Below, in pieces: positions 56,842 to 64,000 of a DNA stretch of 64,000 nucleotides. The DNA lies in the NCBI GenBank assembly GCA_040768165.1, contig JAXGNH010000003.1, positions 290,641-354,640 of the forward strand, in the 5' to 3' direction. The translations under genes and the position numbers were made by a program. Below the pieces are notes generated by a model. That model ran no database searches, was not told where the DNA came from, and saw only the letters and a program-made list of their open reading frames with translations. Origin of the DNA: Anaerolineae bacterium (GTDB taxonomy: Bacteria; Chloroflexota; Anaerolineae; UBA1429). Within the stretch, counting starts at the first letter, position 1, and each line of letters begins with the position of its first letter.

Positions 56842-57872
56842 TCCCTCCTGCGCTCGAGGCGGCGGCCGAGCCCGTTCACCAGCAGGAAGAACAGCACCAG
56901 GCTCGCCTGCAGCACACCGCCCAACGACGAGTCGACCTGCATGCGCAGCTCGAGCCGGGGGCTTCCCACCTGCACGACAGAGAAAAAGAAGACCACCAGC
57001 GGCACCCAGGCGGCCCGCAGCCCCGACAGGAGCACCACCAGCTGCGAAAGGTAGCCATAGCCGCCCGAGATCCCCGGGATGAGGCGGTGGTAGACGGCCG
57101 TCGCCTGCACGGCGCCCGCCAGCCCCGCGAGACCCCCACAGACGGCAAAGGCCACCAGCACGTGCAGTCGGTCGTTGATGCCCATGCGGCGGGCGGCCTG
57201 CCCGTTCAGCCCGATCGCCTTGAGCGTCAGGCCCCAGCGCGTGTCGCGCAGCATGACGTACACCGCTGCGATGGCGACGACGGCCAGGAGGAGGGGGATG
57301 GCGCTGGCGCGGGTTCCGGTGATGACGGGCATCCAGGCGGCCTCGGGGAAGGGGTCCGTCCCGCTCATGGTGGCGCCGTCGGGCGGCTTCCAGGGGCCAA
57401 AGATCAAATAGTTCGTCAGCGCCATGGAGACGAAATTCAGTCCCAGCCCGGCAAAGATCTCGTGCACGTGACCGTACGTCTTCAGGACGCCGGCCAACAG
57501 GCCCCACAGCGCTCCGCCGGCGAGGCCCGCCACGATGGTGAGCGGGATCATGACGCCGGCGGGGGCGGGCACGGCCAGGGCGGCCCAGGTGGCCGCCACC
57601 GCGCCGGCCACCATCTGCCCCTCCACCCCGATGTTCCATAGGCCTGCGGCAAAGGTCACCAGCATGCCGGCGGAACAGAGGAGCAGGGGGACGGCGGCCA
57701 CGGCCACGTCGCCGAGCTTGCGCGGGCTCTCAAAGGCGCCGGTCAGCAGGTGGCCGAACGCCTCCAGCGGGTTGGCGCCCGCCAGAAGCAGGATGATGGT
57801 GGACGAGACGAACGTCAGTGCGATGGCGACCAGGGCGAGGAGCGCCCGACGGCCGGCAAGGTGTGCCTTCAT
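56838..57872 (-). CDS. ABC transporter permease (first permease)
   Basis: MKAHLAGRRALLALVAIALTF start at 57870-57872. Overlaps the next gene by 4 nt. Confidence 0.75.
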   Translation of the reverse strand: MKAHLAGRRALLALVAIALTFVSSTIILLLAGANPLEAFGHLLTGAFESPRKLGDVAVAAVPLLLCSAGMLVTFAAGLWNIGVEGQMVAGAVAATWAALAVPAPAGVMIPLTIVAGLAGGALWGLLAGVLKTYGHVHEIFAGLGLNFVSMALTNYLIFGPWKPPDGATMSGTDPFPEAAWMPVITGTRASAIPLLLAVVAIAAVYVMLRDTRWGLTLKAIGLNGQAARRMGINDRLHVLVAFAVCGGLAGLAGAVQATAVYHRLIPGISGGYGYLSQLVVLLSGLRAAWVPLVVFFFSVVQVGSPRLELRMQVDSSLGGVLQASLVLFFLLVNGLGRRLERRRE

Positions 57873-59332
57873 GGGCGGCGCCCCCCGATGAGGTGGCCGA
57901 GTTCCTCGCAGGTGATGTCGCAGGCGTTCACCGGCTGCGACATGGCGCCGCCCGAAAAGACCACGATGCGGTCGCTGTTCTCCACGAGTTCGTCCAGGTC
58001 GGTGGAGGTAAAGATGATCGCCGTGCCCTGTTCGCGGCGCTGCAGCAGCCGCGACCAGACCCAGTCCGCCGACTCGATGTCCAGTCCGCGGGTGGGGTGT
58101 TCCATGAGGAGCAGGTTCAGGCGTTCGGGCAGCAGCGCCAGCAGCGCCCGCTGCTGGTTTCCTCCAGAGAGTTCGTGCACCGCCGTGTGGGGCGTGCCCA
58201 CGATGTTGTAGGTGCGAATCATGTCGGCCGCCAGGGCGTCGGCGTGGGGCCACCGGATAAAGGGGCCGCCGCCGTCACCCAGCAGCGCCACGTGTTCGCG
58301 GACGGTGAGGCCCGACACCAGCCCCTCCTCGAGGCGCGCGGCAGGCACAAAGGCCACACCGGCCTCCAGGTAGCGGCGATAGGGTTGCCTAGTCATCTCA
58401 CGGCCGGCCACCGTGATGGCGCCCGAGGCGATGGGCAGAATGCCGGCGCAGGCCTGTAGGAAGAGGCTCTGGCCGCTCCCCTCCAGCCCCGCCAGGCCAA
58501 GCACCTCCCCGGCACACACCGAGATCGACACGTCGTGCAGCGCGATGCGGTAGGTGCAGATCGACGCGTCGCGCAGCTCGACCGCCGGCGCGCCGAGGCA
58601 GGCGGGCTCCCGCGGCGAGCGCTCGAGGCACTGGTCGAACATGAGGGTGACGAGTTCGTCGGCGGTAAAGGGGGCGCGCACCTCGCCCGCCACCCGCCCC
58701 CGCCGCAGCACCGTGGCGCGCGAACACAACTGCCCGACCTCGTCGAGCTTGTGCGACACGAACACCACCGTGAGCCCCTCGCCGGCGAGGCGCTGCAGCG
58801 TCTCAAAGAGGAGCGCCTTCTGCGGCGCCGAGATCCCCGTGGTGGGCTCGTCGAGGATGATGGCCCGGATGCCCAGCGACAGGAGGCGCGCCAGCTCGAG
58901 CTGCTGGCGTTCACCCACGGTCAGCGCCCCGACGATGGCGTCGGGGTCGAGTGCAAAGCCAAAGCGCGCGCACAGCTCGCGCAGCGTCGCCCGCGCGGCC
59001 TCGCGTTGCAGGCGCCACCCGCCCTCGCGGCCCAACATAAAGTTGTCCAGCACCGAGAGCTGCGGGATGTCCAGCGGATCCTGGTGCAGCATGCCGATTC
59101 CGGCGGTGATCGCCTCGGCGGGGGAGCGCAGGCGCACGGCGCGCCCGTCCAGGAAGATGCTGCCGGCGTCGCACGACTGGTACCCCGACAGGATCTTCAT
59201 CAGCGTCGTCTTGCCGGCGCCGTTCTCACCCAGCAAGCCATGGATGGTGCCGCCCTCGATGGTGACCGAGATGCCGTCATTGGCGACGACGGGGCCGAAT
59301 CGCTTGGTGATGTCTCGCAGTTCGATCTTCAT
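57869..59332 (-). CDS. ABC transporter ATP-binding protein with two fused ATPase domains
   Basis: Walker A GENGAGKTT and GLEGSGQS, signature LSGGNQQR, and a second signature-like motif. ATG at 59330-59332. Confidence 0.85.
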   Translation of the reverse strand: MKIELRDITKRFGPVVANDGISVTIEGGTIHGLLGENGAGKTTLMKILSGYQSCDAGSIFLDGRAVRLRSPAEAITAGIGMLHQDPLDIPQLSVLDNFMLGREGGWRLQREAARATLRELCARFGFALDPDAIVGALTVGERQQLELARLLSLGIRAIILDEPTTGISAPQKALLFETLQRLAGEGLTVVFVSHKLDEVGQLCSRATVLRRGRVAGEVRAPFTADELVTLMFDQCLERSPREPACLGAPAVELRDASICTYRIALHDVSISVCAGEVLGLAGLEGSGQSLFLQACAGILPIASGAITVAGREMTRQPYRRYLEAGVAFVPAARLEEGLVSGLTVREHVALLGDGGGPFIRWPHADALAADMIRTYNIVGTPHTAVHELSGGNQQRALLALLPERLNLLLMEHPTRGLDIESADWVWSRLLQRREQGTAIIFTSTDLDELVENSDRIVVFSGGAMSQPVNACDITCEELGHLIGGRRP

Positions 59333-59490
59333 GTGTGACGGTGATCCCGTTCCCGCGGCACGCGACGGGCTGGATGGCGCACTCGGTTGGGCTTCCCACT
59401 GCCCAACCGAGTGCGGATTGTCCTGCTGAAGGAGCGCGACCCCGGCTCTCAAGACCAGGGCCCTCACTCCGGTGTACGCCGCGTTGGGCG

Positions 59491-60702
59491 TCAGGAGCTG
59501 GCGCCCTCCATCCCCTCGAGGAGTTGCGGCAGATTCCAGATGGCCATGTCGTCCGCCTGCTCGCCCTCGGCGAGGAACGGGGTGCCGTCCTGCAGGTTCA
59601 GCGGGCCGACGAACAGCTTGCCCTTGCCGTCGGCGAGCACCTTGACATAGTCCTCGACGTTCTTTGTGGCGTCCGCGCTCAGGGCCGGGCCGTAGGAAAA
59701 GCCCACCGGGCTGCTCTCGTGGTCGTTGATGCTCTTCCAGTTCGGGTCTTCCCACTCCCACCCCTGCTCGTGCTTGCCATCGCGCGCGGCGGTGATATAG
59801 CGCACATAGCCGGGGCCCCAGTTAAAGTACGGGGTGCCGAGGCAGACTTCCGACTTGATCTCGCAGGCGTTCTCAAAGTCGTAGGGGATCGCCCATACCT
59901 GCTCGCCCTTGTCGAAACGCTGGCCGGCCACGGCGATCGCCTCGGTGGTGTCGATGCCCGAGATGAGCACATCGACGCCCTGGTTGAACATGTCGTTGGC
60001 GACCTCGGTGGGATCGAGGGTGACGCCGGGAATGTTGAACCAGAAACCGATCCAGTTGACGACAAAGCGCAGGTCGTCGGGGTTGCCGCCCCGGTAGCGC
60101 TCGTAGCAGTCGCGCGCCCCGAGGTAGGCGGAGGCGGCCAGGCGGCGCGTCTCGCTATTGATCAGGGGACCGAGGTAGCCGATCTGGTTCGTCTCGGTGG
60201 TGAGGGCAGCGGCGCAGCCCGCCACGGCCTTCATATACTCCATGCGCCCCATATAGTTCGCCACGTTCTTGGGGGCCTTGCCCGTGAGGGCGTGGTCGCC
60301 CGAGATCATCAGGAACGGGATGTCGGGGTACTTGGCCGCGACGACGTCAGTGTCCGCGGCAAAGTCGTCGGACGTGGTGAGGATCATGTCGGCGCCCTGG
60401 GAGACCATGTCCTCTACGACCTGCTCCAGGGTGGTCCCCTGGCGGTCGGCCTGGTTCAGCTTGTCGAGGTAGATCATCTTGGTGCCCGGGAGCTTTTCCT
60501 CGACGTACTTGCCGGCCTGATAGTGGGCCTCGCTCCAGCCGTGGTCGTTATAGGGGCCGACCAGGACCACACCAAAGGTGAACTCGCCCTTCTTGGCGGA
60601 CCCGGCGCACGACGTGAGCAGCATCGATGCCAGGACCAGGATGGCCATGGCCGTCCAGAGCGTTCGCCTCTTCAGCATCTCCTTCTGTTCCTCCTGACTC
60701 AT
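59491..60702 (-). CDS. BMP-family (PnrA-like) ABC substrate-binding lipoprotein
   Basis: MLKRRTLWTAMAILVLASMLLTSC lipoprotein signal, then a BMP fold (FGVVLVGPYNDHGWSE…). The start is ambiguous between 60678 and 60702. Confidence 0.75.
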   Translation of the reverse strand: MSQEEQKEMLKRRTLWTAMAILVLASMLLTSCAGSAKKGEFTFGVVLVGPYNDHGWSEAHYQAGKYVEEKLPGTKMIYLDKLNQADRQGTTLEQVVEDMVSQGADMILTTSDDFAADTDVVAAKYPDIPFLMISGDHALTGKAPKNVANYMGRMEYMKAVAGCAAALTTETNQIGYLGPLINSETRRLAASAYLGARDCYERYRGGNPDDLRFVVNWIGFWFNIPGVTLDPTEVANDMFNQGVDVLISGIDTTEAIAVAGQRFDKGEQVWAIPYDFENACEIKSEVCLGTPYFNWGPGYVRYITAARDGKHEQGWEWEDPNWKSINDHESSPVGFSYGPALSADATKNVEDYVKVLADGKGKLFVGPLNLQDGTPFLAEGEQADDMAIWNLPQLLEGMEGASS

Positions 60703-61044
60703 GTGGGCTTGTGCCACGGCGAAAGTGTTGCGGCGATCGGCGATGTCGAGACAGGATCGCGCCAGTCACCTCCTTCCCTGGAGGATGACAAGCCGGCGGC
60801 GCGCCACCATCGGGCGCGCCGTTGCACACACAAGGAGACGACGACCCGCACCAGATGGGGGAGGTCGCCGTCGAACCACCGGCATTCTAGCACAGGACGG
60901 GGAAAAGTGGAAACAGGCGCGAGGGCCAACGACCAGCAGCTGCCCCCTCCCGACGGTGCCTTCGCGGCGAATCTGGTCGGCCCGAGGGTTGCTGCTGAGC
61001 ACCCTCGGGCGGGGGGCGACGCCGGTATGCGCTCTTCGGATCAC

Positions 61045-61073
61045 TTGACGCTGTCTCCAAGCGGTCCTATCCT
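61045..61073 (+). promoter_or_regulatory. Candidate promoter TTGACG-17-TATCCT upstream of the Gfo/Idh/MocA gene
   Basis: The spacing is exact, the -10 element is weak, and it lies 45 nt upstream of the RBS GAAGGAG. Confidence 0.3.
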
Positions 61074-61117
61074 ACACCGGCATCTCGGAACACCATGAAC
61101 GAGAAGGAGAGCCCACG

Positions 61118-62197
61118 ATGAGCGGAACACTGCGCGCAGGTATCATCGGCGCCGGCTTTATCACGGTTCGCGGGCACGTTCCCGGTTACCGGGCCACCGG
61201 GTGCGTGGATGTCGCGGCACTGTGCGACGTGAACGAGCAGCGCGCGCGGACGGTGGCTCAGGAACTCGGCATCCCGCGTGTCTACACCAACTATCGCGCC
61301 ATGCTGTCCGGGGAGGATCTGGACATCGTCAGCGTGTGCAGCCCCAACTGCTTCCACGCCCAGATGACCATCGACGCCCTGACGGCGGGCGCGCACGTTC
61401 TATGTGAGAAGCCCATGGCGCTCGCGTATGCCGATGCCTGCAGCATGATCGAGACGGCGCGAACGACGGGCCGCTCCCTGACGGTGGGCTTTCACAACCG
61501 CTTCCGGCCCGACATGGCCGCCGCCAAGGCGATCATCGACGAGGGCGTACTCGGCGATATCTACTATGTGCGCGCCAGCATGCTGCGGCGCAAGGGGATC
61601 CCGGGGTACGGGAGCTGGTTCACGAACAAGGACCTGGCCGGCGGCGGGGCGCTAATGGATATCGGCTGCCACATCACCGACCTGGCGCTGTGGTTCATGG
61701 GGCATCCCCAGCCCAAGACGGTGGTTGGCGCCATCTATGCCAATTTCGGGCCGCGCGGCAAGGGCCTGGGGACGTGGGGCTCCGATCACTATCCCGTGGG
61801 CGCGCGCTTTGACGTGGACGACCTCGCCACGGCGATGGTGCGGTTCGAGAGCGGCGCGACGTTGGCCGTGGAGGCCAGCTGGGCGGGGCATGGTACCGAT
61901 GGCCAGCGTATCCAGGTGTTCGGCACCGAGGGGGGCGTCGAGTACAACGACAGGCTGTTCGGCTCCGAGAGCCCGGTGCGCTACTTTTCCGAGAACGGCG
62001 GCGAGCTGCGAGAGGAGCCCGTCGACGTGCTCAAGGTGAGCCGGACGGCGTACGAGAGTGAGGTGGTGGATTGGGTGCAGCGGCTCAAGGACGGGCGGCC
62101 CCCGTACACGACCCCGGAGCAGGCGGCCGTGGCCGTGCAGATCATCGAGGCGGTGTACAAATCGGCGGCGACGGGCCGAGAAGTGGTCCTTTCTTGA
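61118..62197 (+). CDS. Gfo/Idh/MocA-family oxidoreductase
   Basis: LRAGIIGAGFI Rossmann motif, EKPMA. RBS GAAGGAG 7 nt upstream. Confidence 0.8.
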   Translation: MSGTLRAGIIGAGFITVRGHVPGYRATGCVDVAALCDVNEQRARTVAQELGIPRVYTNYRAMLSGEDLDIVSVCSPNCFHAQMTIDALTAGAHVLCEKPMALAYADACSMIETARTTGRSLTVGFHNRFRPDMAAAKAIIDEGVLGDIYYVRASMLRRKGIPGYGSWFTNKDLAGGGALMDIGCHITDLALWFMGHPQPKTVVGAIYANFGPRGKGLGTWGSDHYPVGARFDVDDLATAMVRFESGATLAVEASWAGHGTDGQRIQVFGTEGGVEYNDRLFGSESPVRYFSENGGELREEPVDVLKVSRTAYESEVVDWVQRLKDGRPPYTTPEQAAVAVQIIEAVYKSAATGREVVLS

Positions 62198-62252
62198 TCT
62201 CTGCGGTGCGCCGGGGACGATCGCCCGGGCACCCACAGCTCTAGTGACGCGG

Positions 62253-62290
62253 ACAGGGGAGCCATGCCGGCTCCCCTGTTGCTTTTCGGG
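62253..62290 (+). terminator. Rho-independent terminator
   Basis: ACAGGGGAGCC-atgcc-GGCTCCCCTGT followed by TGCTTTTCGGG. Confidence 0.6.
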
Positions 62291-62595
62291 CGCTGTCGAG
62301 GTGGAAGCGGGCCTGCCGCGGCGCCCGGTCGCCGATGGCCCCCGTGAGTGGGTTGGCGACGCACCCTGCTCCCTCCCTCTCGGCCGCCGACTGGTCCTGT
62401 TGCTGCTGTTATTCGGCGCCGCGGCGGAAATCTGCCTGTCTGATGGCTTTTGTGGGGCTCTAGGCCGTTCAGCAGCAGCACCCCGGTTACTTTCATTACG
62501 ACTGTAGGTAGCCCTTCACTTTGTGTCCATAGTCACAACGAGGGCCATGGTCTGCCCCTCTTTCTTATACCCTACTCTATGTCCGGCTTTAATCG

Positions 62596-62624
62596 TTGAC
62601 TTGTTTCAGGTTTTACTGTATAAT
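62596..62624 (+). promoter_or_regulatory. Near-consensus sigma70 promoter TTGACT-17-TATAAT
   Basis: TTGACT at 62596-62601, a 17-nt spacer, TATAAT at 62619-62624. It drives an about 180-nt leader and then the HTH gene. Confidence 0.5.
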
Positions 62625-62812
62625 GCTATCGGGGTAGTTGGTACGGCCAGGGTTCACTTGAGGCAAAGCATCGTCGTGGCCGTGTGTTGTGCCATCTTGG
62701 CGGCCATGCGCGTGATGCCGGACTCGAGTGGGCAGCGACGACAGCAGCGCCTTTTTTGTGATTCCCGGCTCGGGTCGGGCCAACGAACGCACTACTAGTG
62801 GGGGGGAGTTCG

Positions 62813-63022
62813 ATGAGTTCAGAGACGCTTCTCAACGTCAAGCAGGTGGCGCAGTACTTGCAGCTGAAGGAATCCACCATCTACTCGTGGGCCCAGGATG
62901 GCAAGATCCCGGCCATCAAAATCGGGCGCACCTGGCGATTTCGTCGCTCGGATCTCGACTCGTGGTTGGAGCGACACCTGAAGGGCGAGGAAGACCTGAT
63001 CGAGGAATCGGAGCAGGCCTAG
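62813..63022 (+). CDS. Small helix-turn-helix DNA-binding protein, excisionase/MerR-like (HTH_17) family
   Basis: 69 aa: LLNVKQVAQYLQLKESTIYSWAQDGKIPAIKIGRTWRFRRSDLDSWL. RBS GGGGGAG. Confidence 0.6.
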   Translation: MSSETLLNVKQVAQYLQLKESTIYSWAQDGKIPAIKIGRTWRFRRSDLDSWLERHLKGEEDLIEESEQA

Positions 63023-63207
63023 TCCGCACCGGCGGGTTGGGTAGACAGGGAAGGGGGGTGGCGGGCCGCCGCGCTGGCGCGTCCCCTCCTTTCTTTCCTA
63101 TCTGGCATCCGGGCCGATTCCCACGGGTCTTCCCGAGGCGAGTCCGACGGGACGGCGTGCTTCCGCGCGGAGGCCTGTGAGAGGGGCCGCCGGCGTCCAC
63201 ACCTGCG

Positions 63208-63236
63208 TTGACGGCCGCTTTCACCGGCGCTACAAT
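63208..63236 (+). promoter_or_regulatory. Candidate promoter TTGACG-17-TACAAT for glycerate kinase
   Basis: The spacing is exact and the -10 element is good. It lies about 55 nt upstream of ATG 63293. Confidence 0.4.
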
Positions 63237-63292
63237 CCACATCGGCTCGGCCTTGCGCGCCCCGCGCTATCCCCACGAGAGGTGGCTCCGGC

Positions 63293-64000
63293 ATGGTGAG
63301 TTTCGCTCCGGCGGTCTATGACCGCGCCGGCCGCGATGGTGAGCGCCGGCTGCAGATCGTCCAGGTGCTCCAGGCGGCGCTCGATGCCGTCGATCCGGCC
63401 GCGGCGGTGAGGCGCCACGTGCAGCGCTGCGACGCGCAGCTACGGGTCGGCGGGATGGTCTATGACCTGGACGCCTACCGGCGCGTGCTGGTGGTTGGCG
63501 CCGGCAAGGCGGGCGCCCCCATGGCGCAGGCCGTGGAGGAGATCCTGGGCGACCGCATCGCCGCCGGGCAGGTCAACGTCAAGTACGGCCACGTCGCCCC
63601 GACGCGAACGGTGATCCTCACCGAGGCGGGGCACCCGATCCCCGACGAGGCCGGCGTGGCGGGCGCTCGGGCCATCGCGGCGCTCCTCGAGGAGGCGCGC
63701 GAGGATGACCTGGTGGTGTGCCTCATCTCGGGCGGCGGATCGGCGCTCATGACGTTGCCCGTGGACGGGGTGTCGCTGACGGACATGAAGGCGCTCACCG
63801 ATGCCCTGCTACGGCGCGCCGCCACCATCAATGAGATCAACGCCATCCGCAAGCACCTCGACCAGTTGAAGGGCGGCAACCTCGCTCGTCTGGCCCACCC
63901 GGCGCGCGTGGTGTCGCTGCTGCTCTCGGATGTGGTGGGCAATCCCCTGGATGTCATCGCCTCCGGGCCCACGGTCCCCGACACCAGCACCTTTGCCGAC
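63293..64000 (+). CDS. Glycerate 2-kinase (MOFRL family), 5' part; 3' end outside window
   Basis: VVGAGKAG, CLISGGGSAL, NEINAIRKHLDQLKGG. No stop before the window end. Confidence 0.8.
   Translation, partial: MVSFAPAVYDRAGRDGERRLQIVQVLQAALDAVDPAAAVRRHVQRCDAQLRVGGMVYDLDAYRRVLVVGAGKAGAPMAQAVEEILGDRIAAGQVNVKYGHVAPTRTVILTEAGHPIPDEAGVAGARAIAALLEEAREDDLVVCLISGGGSALMTLPVDGVSLTDMKALTDALLRRAATINEINAIRKHLDQLKGGNLARLAHPARVVSLLLSDVVGNPLDVIASGPTVPDTSTFAD

Noticed and set aside
1-64000. tRNA/rRNA genes
   Set aside because: No T-loop (GGTTCGANTCC)-containing cloverleaf candidates or rRNA-like conserved stretches were found by eye. The hairpin repeats are too long and regular to be tRNAs.

Overview
The window is 64 kb of very GC-rich bacterial chromosome (roughly 65-70% GC by eye) with short, low-GC accessory patches. 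The gene content looks like a Chloroflexota- or Actinomycetota-like organism, but no taxon can be proven from sequence alone. Because of the GC content, long antisense ORFs in the six-frame track are mostly artefacts. I called about 57 protein-coding genes from motifs I could read directly in the translations. No rRNA or tRNA was recognised. Gene blocks, in order: (1) a partial sensor histidine kinase and an about 1100-aa Ser/Thr-kinase/AAA/TPR protein; (2) a convergent MBL-hydrolase/folP/folK operon and a parvulin lipoprotein; (3) a 15-kb codirectional block resB-like/ccsA/udk, then a Wzx flippase, four GT4 glycosyltransferases, a Wzy-like O-antigen ligase with TPR, WecA, a membrane cyclophilin and DedA; (4) an aldehyde:ferredoxin oxidoreductase pseudogene with two MoaD-like genes, plus mgtE, dus and a PfkB kinase; (5) a low-GC island carrying a Cys-rich GNAT acetyltransferase; (6) flotillin/NfeD, a GH4 glycosidase, MATE, Gfo/Idh/MocA, DUF362, a formamidase with an in-frame TGA, a sulfatase, an enolase-superfamily dehydratase, an alpha/beta hydrolase, an SMP-30 lactonase, an MFS transporter, ArsR plus a Cd/Zn P1B-ATPase, tyrS, TauE, AEC, a BMP-family nucleoside-type ABC transporter, a second Gfo/Idh/MocA, a standalone excisionase-family HTH gene behind a consensus sigma70 promoter, and a partial glycerate kinase. 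The most unusual content is non-coding. A family of about 85-bp imperfect hairpin elements built from tandem heptamers (GGTTACA/GGTTGCA/GGTGGCA) occurs 6 times, and at least 5 copies share a conserved loop and the same strand orientation. A second heptamer-based inverted-repeat family (GGCTGTT / GTCGGCG units) brackets the sulfatase gene. A 96-99-bp tandem repeat array with a compensatorily mutated copy 2.6 kb away is also present. Three genes appear disrupted (AOR by three frameshifts within about 100 bp, the O-antigen ligase by frameshift, the formamidase by nonsense). That is either genuine decay or local sequencing error.
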